From Puniceicoccales bacterium (GTDB taxonomy: Bacteria > Verrucomicrobiota > Verrucomicrobiia > Opitutales > LL51), in assembly GCA_031255005.1 (NCBI GenBank), contig JAIRTH010000011.1, positions 1 through 32,000 of the forward strand: a stretch of DNA of 32,000 nucleotides. The letters run 5' to 3'. Both the position numbers and the translations under genes were made by a program. The notes beneath the pieces were generated by a model, which saw only the letters and a list, made by a program, of their open reading frames with translations, was not told where the DNA came from and made no database searches. Positions 1 through 8,360 of the stretch are shown here, piece by piece. The stretch's first letter is position 1. Every line of letters begins with the position of its first letter.

Positions 1-218
1 GTTGAATAATGGGTAATGGATGAGGTCCTTTTGGTAAGAGGAGTTTGTGTCATATTTTCTTTATTAGTGTTTAATTTCTCCATTATATACTTTTTGCTGG
101 AGAAAAGTGCCGTGATCGTCGCTCCAAAACGTGTTTTGCAGGTGTTATTTTCCAGCAGCTTATTGACTGTCTCAAAGAAACTAACGTTCTGGCCACTAAT
201 ATTAATACCCCCTATCAT
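1..218 (-). CDS. Hypothetical protein, 5' portion only (gene runs off the left edge); paralog of the 586..1323 product
   Basis: ATG at 216-218 on the minus strand. Translation MIGGINISGQNVSFFETVNKLLENNTCKTRFGATITALFSSKKYIMEKLNTNKENMTQTPLTKRTSSITHYS stays open to position 1 and is nearly identical to the N-terminus of the 586..1323 protein. It is absent from the ORF track because it has no stop inside the window. Confidence 0.6.
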   Translation of the reverse strand, partial: MIGGINISGQNVSFFETVNKLLENNTCKTRFGATITALFSSKKYIMEKLNTNKENMTQTPLTKRTSSITHYS

Positions 219-313
219 GATGCACTGATTATATTTTACAGAATTTGGATGTCAAATTTTTCTTTAATAATTTTAGTTGACGGAAGTTTATTTTTTTATA
301 AAGCGCCAATGCG
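8..313. repeat. Direct repeat copy 1 (~306 bp), covering 5' coding sequence plus upstream region of the minus-strand paralog
   Basis: Aligns without indels to 1113..1418 at a constant offset of 1105. By eye there are about 17 substitutions over 306 bp. Confidence 0.85.
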
Positions 314-585
314 GTTGATATGAATCGCCGAGCGATGGATGCATTTATTTAATCTATTGTCATTGTTAAATCTACTGTATTATTTGCTTGGCCATATGAT
401 TTCGCCGCCAGTTCTTTAGGGTTTTCCGGATATTTACTTTTTGCCCAGGAGCACTTCGGTTTGTTTCCTTTCATATTATTGTCCATGTTTCTGCAGGTCT
501 TATTTGGCGATGGCAGATTTAGCAGCTTACCGAGGACAGTGGTTCTTTTTGGAAATATTTAGAAAGTTTTGTGAATAAAAAATAG

Positions 586-1323
586 CTATGGCAGTGTATT
601 CATGATGTTCAGGACGTTTTGTAATGCGTTGGTCATGGATTGCAAGCTACCCTTTTCACCTCTTAACATGACGCGCAGAATTGACTTACTTTTTTCGTCG
701 AGAGGAGTGAATTCTGATTTTATGAGTTTCTCAAGAAGTGGTGAAAGCTGGATGAGATTGCTTTGGATCTGCATTAGGTCTACTTTTTGATCTGAATTTA
801 TATTAATTGCGCCGCCGTTGCTTTTTATCAAAACCACAGCTCCCTGGATATTGTCTGCTATTGAAAGAATTTCGTCGCGAAGTGTATTAATGTTAACATT
901 TTGGCTGTCGATCATCTTTTTGATCGAATCTGTGCTATTTTGTATATTGTTAGATGCTTCTCTCGTTGATATGGATGTGTTCAATGGTTGTTGATTTGTA
1001 TTGTCATAGAGGCCACTGACTTCATTTGGCTCCTGGTGATTGTTTTCATTAATTCCCTTTATTTCTGGAGTATTTGCTATAGCTTCCGATTTATTTTCTT
1101 CAAAATCTGGAGAATGGGTAATGGATGAGGTCCTTTTGGTAAGAAAAGTTTGTGTCATATTTTCTTTATTAGTGTTTAATTTCTCCATTATATACTTTTT
1201 GCTGGAGAAAAGTACCGTGATCGTTGCTCCAAAACGTGTTTTGCAGGTGTTATTTTTCAGTAGCTTATTGACTGTCTCAAAGAAACTAACATTCTGGCCA
1301 CTAATATTAATACTTCCTATCAT
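586..1323 (-). CDS. Hypothetical Asn/Gln/Ser/Thr-rich protein with a conserved N-terminal module (orphan family, candidate secreted protein)
   Basis: 245-aa ORF with no signal peptide or TM segment. The N-terminal ~70 aa are duplicated at 1..218. The first ~45 aa resemble the N-terminus of the 1429..2088 product. The C-terminal half is predicted helical and low-complexity. Confidence 0.7.
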   Translation of the reverse strand: MIGSINISGQNVSFFETVNKLLKNNTCKTRFGATITVLFSSKKYIMEKLNTNKENMTQTFLTKRTSSITHSPDFEENKSEAIANTPEIKGINENNHQEPNEVSGLYDNTNQQPLNTSISTREASNNIQNSTDSIKKMIDSQNVNINTLRDEILSIADNIQGAVVLIKSNGGAININSDQKVDLMQIQSNLIQLSPLLEKLIKSEFTPLDEKSKSILRVMLRGEKGSLQSMTNALQNVLNIMNTLP

Positions 1324-1418
1324 AATGCGCTGATTATATTTTATAGAATTTAGGTGTCAAACTTTTTTTTGATAATTTTAGTTGACGGAAGTTTATTTTT
1401 TTATAAAGCGCCAATGCG
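1113..1418. repeat. Direct repeat copy 2 (~306 bp)
   Basis: See copy 1. It spans codons 1-70 of the 586..1323 gene and the ~95 bp upstream of it. Confidence 0.85.
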
Positions 1419-1428
1419 ATGGATGCAT

Positions 1429-2088
1429 TTATTTATTGTCATCGTTAAAAGTTCTTCGATAAAAAGAATTAAAAATGTCAACTTGGGTATTAAGATCAGT
1501 GATAGCTGTTTCTAACTTTGCAACTGCTTTTTTTAATTCTTCGTCCTCCTGATTCTGTGGTAATTTTTCTAATACTATAGCTTTAGCCTTTTGTGCAAAC
1601 TCTAGTGCATTATTGGCCTCATTGCCTATTTTTTTTGTGCAATCATAATCGGTGGAGATCTGGGTATCTTCCAGGGCTTTTTTGTATTTTTTTACGGTTT
1701 CAGTGAGTTCGAGAATTCGTTCATTGGGAATTTCATGTTTGGTGATGTTATGTGGAGTAATTGCTGGTTCATTTGTAATAGTAGTGGTATTTGTTTGTGC
1801 TTTGGGTTTGCTCGTAAAATTTTTCGTATAATTTTTTATTTTATTGCGAAAATTACTCCATGCTTTCTTGTCAGATCTCTTTGGGTTTTGTTTGGTCAAG
1901 GATTTGTTTGGAACATTTGGTTGTTGTGATTTATTTATTGCATTACATAACATTTCATTTACTTTATCCCTTGGTTGAAATGTCAAGAGTAGAGCGCCAA
2001 AATAGCTAGTTTTATTGTTTTTCAATTGATTAGCTGCTTCAAAGCGATTACAATTGGCGCCATTAGCGTTAAATCTAGCAAAAACCAT
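1429..2088 (-). CDS. Hypothetical Lys/Asn/Thr-rich protein, divergent member of the same N-terminal-module family
   Basis: 219-aa ORF. Its N-terminus FNANGANCNRFEAANQLKNNKTSYFGALLLTF aligns with INISGQNVSFFETVNKLLKNNTCKTRFGATITVLF of the neighbour (shared G, N, F, E, N, L, KNN, FGA). The C-terminus is helical and charged. Confidence 0.65.
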   Translation of the reverse strand: MVFARFNANGANCNRFEAANQLKNNKTSYFGALLLTFQPRDKVNEMLCNAINKSQQPNVPNKSLTKQNPKRSDKKAWSNFRNKIKNYTKNFTSKPKAQTNTTTITNEPAITPHNITKHEIPNERILELTETVKKYKKALEDTQISTDYDCTKKIGNEANNALEFAQKAKAIVLEKLPQNQEDEELKKAVAKLETAITDLNTQVDIFNSFYRRTFNDDNK

Positions 2089-2174
2089 AACATAGTAATT
2101 ATATTTAATATGTCCAAATTGTCAATTTTGAAATATTTTATTGGACAAGTATTTATTTTTTCATAGAAAAGTTA

Positions 2175-3167
2175 GTGCAAGTGGAGAGAGTAGTGAAGTT
2201 GTTTTTAGGTTTCTTAGGTGGCATGGCAATTAGTTCTATGGCTATGGCTGCTGGTGCCCATGGTGCTGCAGCAGAAACTTCCTCTCTGTCAGCCAGTCCA
2301 GAAGTGGTTTTTGGTCAAGGCATAACGGATACTCTGGTCACGAGCTGGGTCATTTCATTGGCCATAATATTATTAATGAAGTGGTTGGTTGGCGCTGGAC
2401 CGACGAAGATTCCTGGGACAGGTCAGGCTGTGGTTGAGTCAATACTAGGTGGTTTGCAAACAATTATGGAACCAATTATGGGAAGAAAAGCCTTTCGGCA
2501 TATTTTTCCGTTGCTGTTTGGCTATTTTGTTTTTATATTACTGCAAAATTGGAGTGGACTGTTGCCTGGCATTGGCTCGATTCTGCACAAAAGTGGCGGT
2601 GTCTATGTTGGCATATTAAGGCCGGTTAATTCGGATTTAAATGCCACATTGGCATTGGCGTTGATTTCATTGGCTGCATGGATGTATTTGTCAATCAAAC
2701 ATGTAGGAGTCGCTGGACTCTATGGTCATATTTTTGGCAACAAGGCCGAGAGGGAAGGTATTCCTGGTCTTATGTATGGATTTTTGTTCATTATTTTCTT
2801 TGGCGTTGGGCTCATAGAGTGCATATCGATACTTTTTCGAGGAGTATCATTGTCGTTCAGATTGTATGGCAATGTGTTTGGTGGCGACAATCTGCTTCAT
2901 AACATGTACACATTCAGCGAGTTTTTGACCAATGACGGTTTTGTAAAGACCGAATTGTTTGGAACTGCTTTGAATGCTTTAGGTGGTGGTGCAAATCTTA
3001 TTGCGTTTATAATAAAGTACTTAGGTTTTCTGTTGCCGCTGCCATTTTATTTTTTAGAAATTTTGGTTGGACTAATTCAGTCCTTTGTATTTACTCTATT
3101 GGTGGCTGTTTATGTCGGGTTAATTGTTAACCATGACGATGAACTGCATCATGTTAATTTAGAATAA
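2175..3167 (+). CDS. atpB: F0F1 ATP synthase subunit a
   Basis: Polytopic membrane ORF with the stator-arginine motif SFRLYGNVFGG and the C-terminal helix LIQSFVFTLLVAVY. It is first in an a-c-b-delta gene order. The true start may be an internal Met (MAISS...). Confidence 0.9.
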   Translation: MQVERVVKLFLGFLGGMAISSMAMAAGAHGAAAETSSLSASPEVVFGQGITDTLVTSWVISLAIILLMKWLVGAGPTKIPGTGQAVVESILGGLQTIMEPIMGRKAFRHIFPLLFGYFVFILLQNWSGLLPGIGSILHKSGGVYVGILRPVNSDLNATLALALISLAAWMYLSIKHVGVAGLYGHIFGNKAEREGIPGLMYGFLFIIFFGVGLIECISILFRGVSLSFRLYGNVFGGDNLLHNMYTFSEFLTNDGFVKTELFGTALNALGGGANLIAFIIKYLGFLLPLPFYFLEILVGLIQSFVFTLLVAVYVGLIVNHDDELHHVNLE

Positions 3168-3204
3168 GTTATGGTGTTTAATGATTTAATAAAAGGAATA
3201 AAAT

Positions 3205-3432
3205 ATGCCGTTTGATGTTATTGGTGTTATAGGTGAGGTGACCGGGAAGGGCCTGACTGGTATGTGTGGTTGTGTGGCTGCTGCGCTTGGAGTAGCGATG
3301 ATTGGAACGAAGGCAGTGGAAGCTGTCGGTCGCAATCCTGGAGCTTCGGGCAAGGTTTTAGTGCAGTCGATTCTCGGCATGGCCCTAGCTGAAGCCGTTG
3401 CATTCTATGCTTTGTTCTTCTCTCAAAAGTAG
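3205..3432 (+). CDS. atpE: F0F1 ATP synthase subunit c
   Basis: 75-aa helical hairpin with loop motif GRNPGA and ion-binding carboxylate motif MALAEAVAFY. Confidence 0.9.
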   Translation: MPFDVIGVIGEVTGKGLTGMCGCVAAALGVAMIGTKAVEAVGRNPGASGKVLVQSILGMALAEAVAFYALFFSQK

Positions 3433-3470
3433 TTATGTTCGGTTATTGAATTATTTTTTGATAGGTATTA

Positions 3471-4034
3471 ATGGCCATTGAGTTGCCAGTATATTTTGCT
3501 TCTTCTGCTGTTGGTGCTATTTTTGGCAAGTTCGGCATAGATTGGCATTTGCTTCTGATTCAAGGGGTTAATTTTTTATGTGTGGTCTTTGTGCTTTATC
3601 GTTTTGCCTTTCGGCCGGTGCTTAGGACCATGGATGCGCGTAGGAGCGAAATAGAATCAGGATTGAAGTATGCCAGCGATATGAAAGCTGAGCTGGAGAA
3701 CCTTAACAGTCAGCGCGAGAAGATGATAGACAAAGCGAAGACCGAAGCGTCTGAGATCATTGGAAACGCTCAGCAACAGGCCAAGGTCTATGTGGACCAG
3801 CAAAAAGCTGATATGGCTGCTGCTATGGAATCGATGTTTGCCAAGGCCAGGGCTGATATTGGCGCAGAGCGCGACGCTATGATTGAAAATACTAAAAGTG
3901 AACTGAAATATCTGGTGGTTGATTTGGCGTCTAAGGTTTTGGAAAAAACTCTGTCGCAAGATGATAAAGATAATTTTGTCCGAGCGGCTTCCATCGAAAT
4001 GCGAGACGTTTTCTATGCAAAAAAGAACCAATGA
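3471..4034 (+). CDS. atpF: F0F1 ATP synthase subunit b
   Basis: 187 aa with one N-terminal TM helix followed by a long Ala/Lys/Glu/Gln-rich helix. It lies between the c and delta genes. Confidence 0.8.
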   Translation: MAIELPVYFASSAVGAIFGKFGIDWHLLLIQGVNFLCVVFVLYRFAFRPVLRTMDARRSEIESGLKYASDMKAELENLNSQREKMIDKAKTEASEIIGNAQQQAKVYVDQQKADMAAAMESMFAKARADIGAERDAMIENTKSELKYLVVDLASKVLEKTLSQDDKDNFVRAASIEMRDVFYAKKNQ

Positions 4035-4392
4035 TGCGTTGATTAAAAACCTTGTTGCTCTGTCCTTTGACAGCGATTCCAAAGTGTCATTTCAAAAAAC
4101 TAGGGCGGTGGTCACAGTACTGTCTGAATTTGTCGATGGCAAGGTCGCTTTGATAAAATATTTTAAGCTACTACGTAAGGCCATTCAGGACAATACATTA
4201 GTAATTGAGTATGCCGGTTCTTTAGATGAAAAAGAGATTAATTCTCTAAAAAATATCATTGAGGCAATAAAAAATCACAAGGTGGATTTGGTGGCAAAGG
4301 AAAATTCACAGCTGATCGCTGGGGTAAAGATTTCCATCGGAGATGAAGTTTATGACGCCTCTATCAAAACTCGACTAAATTCCCTAAAGTGA
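4015..4392 (+). CDS. atpH: F0F1 ATP synthase subunit delta (OSCP), unusually short
   Basis: Same frame as track ORF 3919..4392, but I prefer the ATG at 4015 (MQKRTNDALIKNL...), which overlaps the atpF end. The C-terminus LIAGVKISIGDEVYDASIKTRLNSLK matches the conserved delta C-terminal motif. It is only ~125 aa. Confidence 0.65.
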   Translation: MQKRTNDALIKNLVALSFDSDSKVSFQKTRAVVTVLSEFVDGKVALIKYFKLLRKAIQDNTLVIEYAGSLDEKEINSLKNIIEAIKNHKVDLVAKENSQLIAGVKISIGDEVYDASIKTRLNSLK

Positions 4393-4430
4393 TATGCCGC
4401 AACATGTTTTATAACATGTGACAGTTAATA

Positions 4431-5672
4431 ATGAAAGTAGTTTACGGTATAAAAGATAGATTTTTATCCACTATTAGATTGTTTTTTGCCAGTGCGATTG
4501 ACCGGGCGGATCGAGTGTCATTGATTTGCATTGGATGCCTAATGAGTATTGGAATTTTGGCGATACACTCTGCAGAAGGTGGCATATTTGTGCTGTCCAA
4601 AATGCAGTTAGTTTGGTCAATTATCGGAATGATGGCCTATATAATTGTGGGCCGGATAGATTATAACGTGTTGATGCGCAATGCTCACTGGCTGTATGGC
4701 CTAGGCATCGTCCTTCTGCTATTGCTGTGGACGCCCATTGGTGTTCGACGATTTGGTTCCCTGCGGTGGATCAATGTGGGGATTTTAATTCAACCATCCG
4801 AGCCGGCCAAAATAGGGACGCTCATTATGATGGCAAGTTTATTGGCGCGCTCCAATGTGGGAGCTGTAAGATATTCGCTGATAACCATGTTGAAGGCTGG
4901 GTTAATATTGATGGTGCCAACAATGTTGATTGTGTTGCAACCTGATCTTGGGTCGTCACTTACATTTTTTCCTATGGTTTTTTCATTGTTGTTTGTTTCA
5001 AATCTTTCGAGTAAATTTTTTGTGGTTGTCTTGAGTTCTATTTTACTTGCAATTGGTCTGGTGGCGGTAGATGCGTATTCGTATCATATCTTTCTGGATA
5101 GCAATAAGTTAAATCCTTATGAGGCGATTGGTCAGTATGAAAATCGTTCTTTTTTGCCATTGAAAGATTATCAACGAAATAGAATAATTTCGTTTGTTGC
5201 ACCAGATGTTGTTGATCCAAAAGGTACTGGTATTAGTTGGAACCTGAGGCAGTCATTGATTGCCGTTGGGTCTGGTGGTTTCTGTGGAAAAGGCCATGGC
5301 AATGGCACCCAGGCAAAACTTGGCTATTTGCCAAAATCTGTGGCATCCAATGATTTTATTTTTTCAGTCATCGCCGAAGAACATGGATTTATTGGCGGGG
5401 TGATTATTTTAATTTTATATATTATTTTGATAGGCAATGGGTTAAAGATCGCATGCATGGCTCGTGATAGATTTGGCATGCTATTATGTGTTGGTGCCAG
5501 TGTTATTCTACTGATCCATATTTTGATCAACATTGGGATGACCATCGGGGTGATGCCGATTACTGGAATTCCATTGCCTTTCCTTAGTTATGGTGGCTCG
5601 TTCATGTTGGTGTGCAGCATTTTACAAGGCATCATACAGAGTGTTTTTAGATTTAGAAAGAGTTATAATTGA
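4431..5672 (+). CDS. rodA: SEDS-family peptidoglycan glycosyltransferase (RodA/FtsW type, sequence closer to RodA)
   Basis: 413-aa polytopic ORF with motifs QSLIAVGSGGFCGKGHGNGTQAKLGYLP, NDFIFSVIAEEHGFIGG and PITGIPLPFLSYGGS. Confidence 0.85.
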   Translation: MKVVYGIKDRFLSTIRLFFASAIDRADRVSLICIGCLMSIGILAIHSAEGGIFVLSKMQLVWSIIGMMAYIIVGRIDYNVLMRNAHWLYGLGIVLLLLLWTPIGVRRFGSLRWINVGILIQPSEPAKIGTLIMMASLLARSNVGAVRYSLITMLKAGLILMVPTMLIVLQPDLGSSLTFFPMVFSLLFVSNLSSKFFVVVLSSILLAIGLVAVDAYSYHIFLDSNKLNPYEAIGQYENRSFLPLKDYQRNRIISFVAPDVVDPKGTGISWNLRQSLIAVGSGGFCGKGHGNGTQAKLGYLPKSVASNDFIFSVIAEEHGFIGGVIILILYIILIGNGLKIACMARDRFGMLLCVGASVILLIHILINIGMTIGVMPITGIPLPFLSYGGSFMLVCSILQGIIQSVFRFRKSYN

Positions 5673-5677
5673 AAATT

Positions 5678-7399
5678 ATGGGTAGATTTAATGATGAAAG
5701 GATAGTGGCAGAGTTGAGAAAAACTCCTAAGGAGCCAGTTTATAGCGGCCCATCGAAGGAAGTCCTTAAAGGCGAAGCGCTTATAAGGTCAAAGGAGCAG
5801 ACTTTGTTGCAAAGAATAATAAGAGCTTTTACGCGGTCAGACAAAATTTTTCGAGAAATTATTATCAATTCATCATCCACAGAAAAACGAGTTGCATTGC
5901 TGGAAGATGGTGTGCTGCAAGAATTTGAGATCGAATATTCGGATATGAATAATTCCGTTGGGGCGATATTTAGAGGAAAAATTCAGAACCTTGAATCTGG
6001 TCTCAAAGCGGCTTTTGTGGAGATAGGAACTGAAAAAAATGCATTTTTGCACTACTGGGACGCCATTCCGGCAGCAGATTCATCGGTGGAGGTGGTTCGA
6101 GAAAATACGACGGCAAAAAAAGCAACCATTGCGGCCAGTGATATTCCGAAATTGTATCCAATTGGTTCCGAAATAATGGTTCAGATAATAAAATCGCAGA
6201 TTGGAACCAAGGGGCCAAGGGTCACGACTAACATTGCATTGCCTGGCCGCTTTGTAGTATTGATGCCGTTCAGTGGCGAGTGTGGTATCTCAAAAAAAAT
6301 AGAATCGAAGGTCGAACGATCGAGGTTGAAAGAGATTTTGAATAAAATAAAAATTCCCGACGGTATGGGATTGATAATTCGGACCGCTGGTGAAGGAAAA
6401 AAAATGAGATACTTTGTGAGAGATATTCATATTTTGCTGAAAAAATGGGAGACAATTAGCAATAATATGAAAAAAAATTCTGGCCCAGCGATGATCTATA
6501 AGGAACCGGATTTAATCGAGCGCACCGTTCGCGATTTCCTTACAGATGATATAGATAGAGTCATAATAGATGATGAAGATGATTACAATAAAATTTTAGA
6601 TTTGGTGGGAACAATTTCGTCGCGTTCCAAACGAAAAATTCATTATTTTAGCAATGATATTGCCATATTTGAGAGATTCAATGTGGAGCGCCAGGTCGAG
6701 CAGACCATGATGAAATATGTATCGTTACCTTCTGGTGGAGAGATTGTTATAGAAGAAGTAGAGGCACTAACAGCCATCGATGTTAATACCGGAGCTCATC
6801 GAAATAAAAATGATGAGACGGAAAATAAGAATTTTATCTATCAGGTTAATGCTGAAGCTGCTAGAGAAATCGCCAGGCAAATAAAGCTCCGAAACCTTGG
6901 CGGGCTAATAATTGTGGATTTCGTCGATATGAAAAATCCGCGCGATAAGAAAAAACTTTATGAGTTGATGTGTGAATTGATCGGAAAAGATAGGGAACGA
7001 ACCCAGATATTGCCGATTTCTCATTTTGGTTTGATGCAAATATCCAGGCAACGGCATTCGCAGAGTACGGCGAGAGATTTGCGTGATGCTTGCCCTTATT
7101 GCAGTGGCAAAGGATTCGTAAAGTCTTCGCGGGCAGTCAGTTTGGAAATTCAGCGCAGACTAAGCGGTATCCTGAGACGGCTAGGTGGCGATGCGAAAAA
7201 CGGAAGTTCAACAAAATTGAAGCGGATAAGAATATTTATTCATCCCTCTGTGGGGCAATATCTTCGCGAACGTTACGAAAAAGTTCTATTGGACATTGAG
7301 CGTAATAATAATGTAAAATTGATTTTTCGAGCAGATTCTGCTTTTCATGCGGAAAATTTTAAGATAGTTGATGTTGATAATGGCAGAGAATTAAAGTGA
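5678..7399 (+). CDS. rng: Ribonuclease G/E family endoribonuclease
   Basis: S1-domain motif GAIFRGKIQNLESGLKAAFVEIGTEKNAFLH, catalytic-core motifs EALTAIDVNTG and LRNLGGLIIVDFVDM, and Zn-link CPYCSGKG. The track starts at TTG 5669; the ATG at 5678 is more likely. Confidence 0.85.
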   Translation: MGRFNDERIVAELRKTPKEPVYSGPSKEVLKGEALIRSKEQTLLQRIIRAFTRSDKIFREIIINSSSTEKRVALLEDGVLQEFEIEYSDMNNSVGAIFRGKIQNLESGLKAAFVEIGTEKNAFLHYWDAIPAADSSVEVVRENTTAKKATIAASDIPKLYPIGSEIMVQIIKSQIGTKGPRVTTNIALPGRFVVLMPFSGECGISKKIESKVERSRLKEILNKIKIPDGMGLIIRTAGEGKKMRYFVRDIHILLKKWETISNNMKKNSGPAMIYKEPDLIERTVRDFLTDDIDRVIIDDEDDYNKILDLVGTISSRSKRKIHYFSNDIAIFERFNVERQVEQTMMKYVSLPSGGEIVIEEVEALTAIDVNTGAHRNKNDETENKNFIYQVNAEAAREIARQIKLRNLGGLIIVDFVDMKNPRDKKKLYELMCELIGKDRERTQILPISHFGLMQISRQRHSQSTARDLRDACPYCSGKGFVKSSRAVSLEIQRRLSGILRRLGGDAKNGSSTKLKRIRIFIHPSVGQYLRERYEKVLLDIERNNNVKLIFRADSAFHAENFKIVDVDNGRELK

Positions 7400-8346
7400 A
7401 AGAATGTAACAAAATAGTTATATTATGTGGTGGTTACAGTTCATCGGAACGAGAAATTTCGCTGAAAGGTGGTGAGGCGGTATGCCGTGCGTTGGCAGAT
7501 ATTTTGAATGTGGTAAAAATACACTTGGATGCAGATGAAATTCCTGTAAAATTGGACCCAAAAACAGATGTAATTTTTCCGATTTTGCACGGGGAATTTG
7601 GTGAAGATGGTCAGCTTCAGCGTTTGCTAGAAACCACTGGATTTGGTTTTGCTGGCAGCGATTCGCAGTCTAGTGCGTTATGTATGAATAAGTTACGTGC
7701 AAAAACTTTGGCGTTGGAGCTGGGTATTAATACGGCAAAATTTGTCGAACTAGAGTCTAGGCAGTATGAATATGAAGAACTTTGCGATGCATTTTCTGGC
7801 CATCCTTTTGTATTGAAGCCGGTGGGCAAAGGAAGTAGTATTGGAGTTCACAGGATTTTTGCCAAAAGTGACTGGTTGGCGGTTTGTGGTGAAGTTTTGC
7901 GTGGCGACTGGTTCGTTGAAGAGCATGTCCGAGGCCGCGAGATAACGGTGCCAATTCTTGGACATAAGTCTTTGCCTATGATAGAGATAATGCCAAAGAG
8001 CGGGTTCTATGATTATAGGCATAAATATGTAGCCGGGATGACCGAATATATTGTGCCAGCAAAAATTGACCACGGTTTAGTTGCTGTATTTTCAGAGTGG
8101 TCCGAGAAAATATATGCCAATTGTGGCTGTCGCGATTTCGGGCGCATTGATTTCATCCTGTCCAATGAAGGTGTTGTCAACTTCCTTGAGATTAATACAA
8201 TTCCCGGAATGACTGCCACTAGCTTGTTTCCAAAAAGCGCTGCCTACAATGGCTTATCGTTCCAAGAGCTTTGCGTTGAAATGATAATGCCAGTTCTGAA
8301 ACGGTCGGGTATTTCGCTAAAAAATGTCCTATTATCATCAAATTAA
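7396..8346 (+). CDS. ddl: D-alanine--D-alanine ligase
   Basis: 316-aa ATP-grasp ORF. It begins KIVILCGGYSSSEREISLKGG, has HGEFGEDGQLQRLLE, and ends with FLEINTIPGMTATSLFP. The GTG start overlaps the rng stop. Confidence 0.9.
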   Translation: MKECNKIVILCGGYSSSEREISLKGGEAVCRALADILNVVKIHLDADEIPVKLDPKTDVIFPILHGEFGEDGQLQRLLETTGFGFAGSDSQSSALCMNKLRAKTLALELGINTAKFVELESRQYEYEELCDAFSGHPFVLKPVGKGSSIGVHRIFAKSDWLAVCGEVLRGDWFVEEHVRGREITVPILGHKSLPMIEIMPKSGFYDYRHKYVAGMTEYIVPAKIDHGLVAVFSEWSEKIYANCGCRDFGRIDFILSNEGVVNFLEINTIPGMTATSLFPKSAAYNGLSFQELCVEMIMPVLKRSGISLKNVLLSSN

Positions 8347-8360
8347 ATTGCTCCGAAATT

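Noticed and set aside
586-1323. Flagellin-like N-terminus (MIGSINISGQN... / ...FGATITVLFSS versus flagellin MAQVINTN... / ...LGTAIERLSSG)
   Set aside because: The resemblance is limited to a few positions. The highly conserved flagellin motif RLSSGLRINSAKDDAAG and the C-terminal flagellin domain are absent, so I do not call it a flagellin or hook-associated protein.
16-1333. Plus-strand ORFs 16..228 and 1040..1333 (70 and 97 aa, nearly identical hydrophobic peptides)
   Set aside because: They are the antisense image of the duplicated 5' ends of the minus-strand paralogs. Their similarity simply reflects the 306-bp repeat. The minus-strand frames are longer and form a coherent gene array.
3919-4014. 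Upstream start (3919) for the delta-subunit ORF given in the track
   Set aside because: It would overlap atpF by 116 nt and add a basic, non-delta-like peptide (MIWRLRFWKKLCRK...). The ATG at 4015 gives a normal short overlap.
3657-4082. 141-aa and 68-aa minus-strand ORFs inside atpF/atpH, and the 64-aa ORF 3186..3380 opposite atpE
   Set aside because: They are antisense to well-supported ATP synthase genes, have no motifs, and have the composition typical of shadow ORFs.
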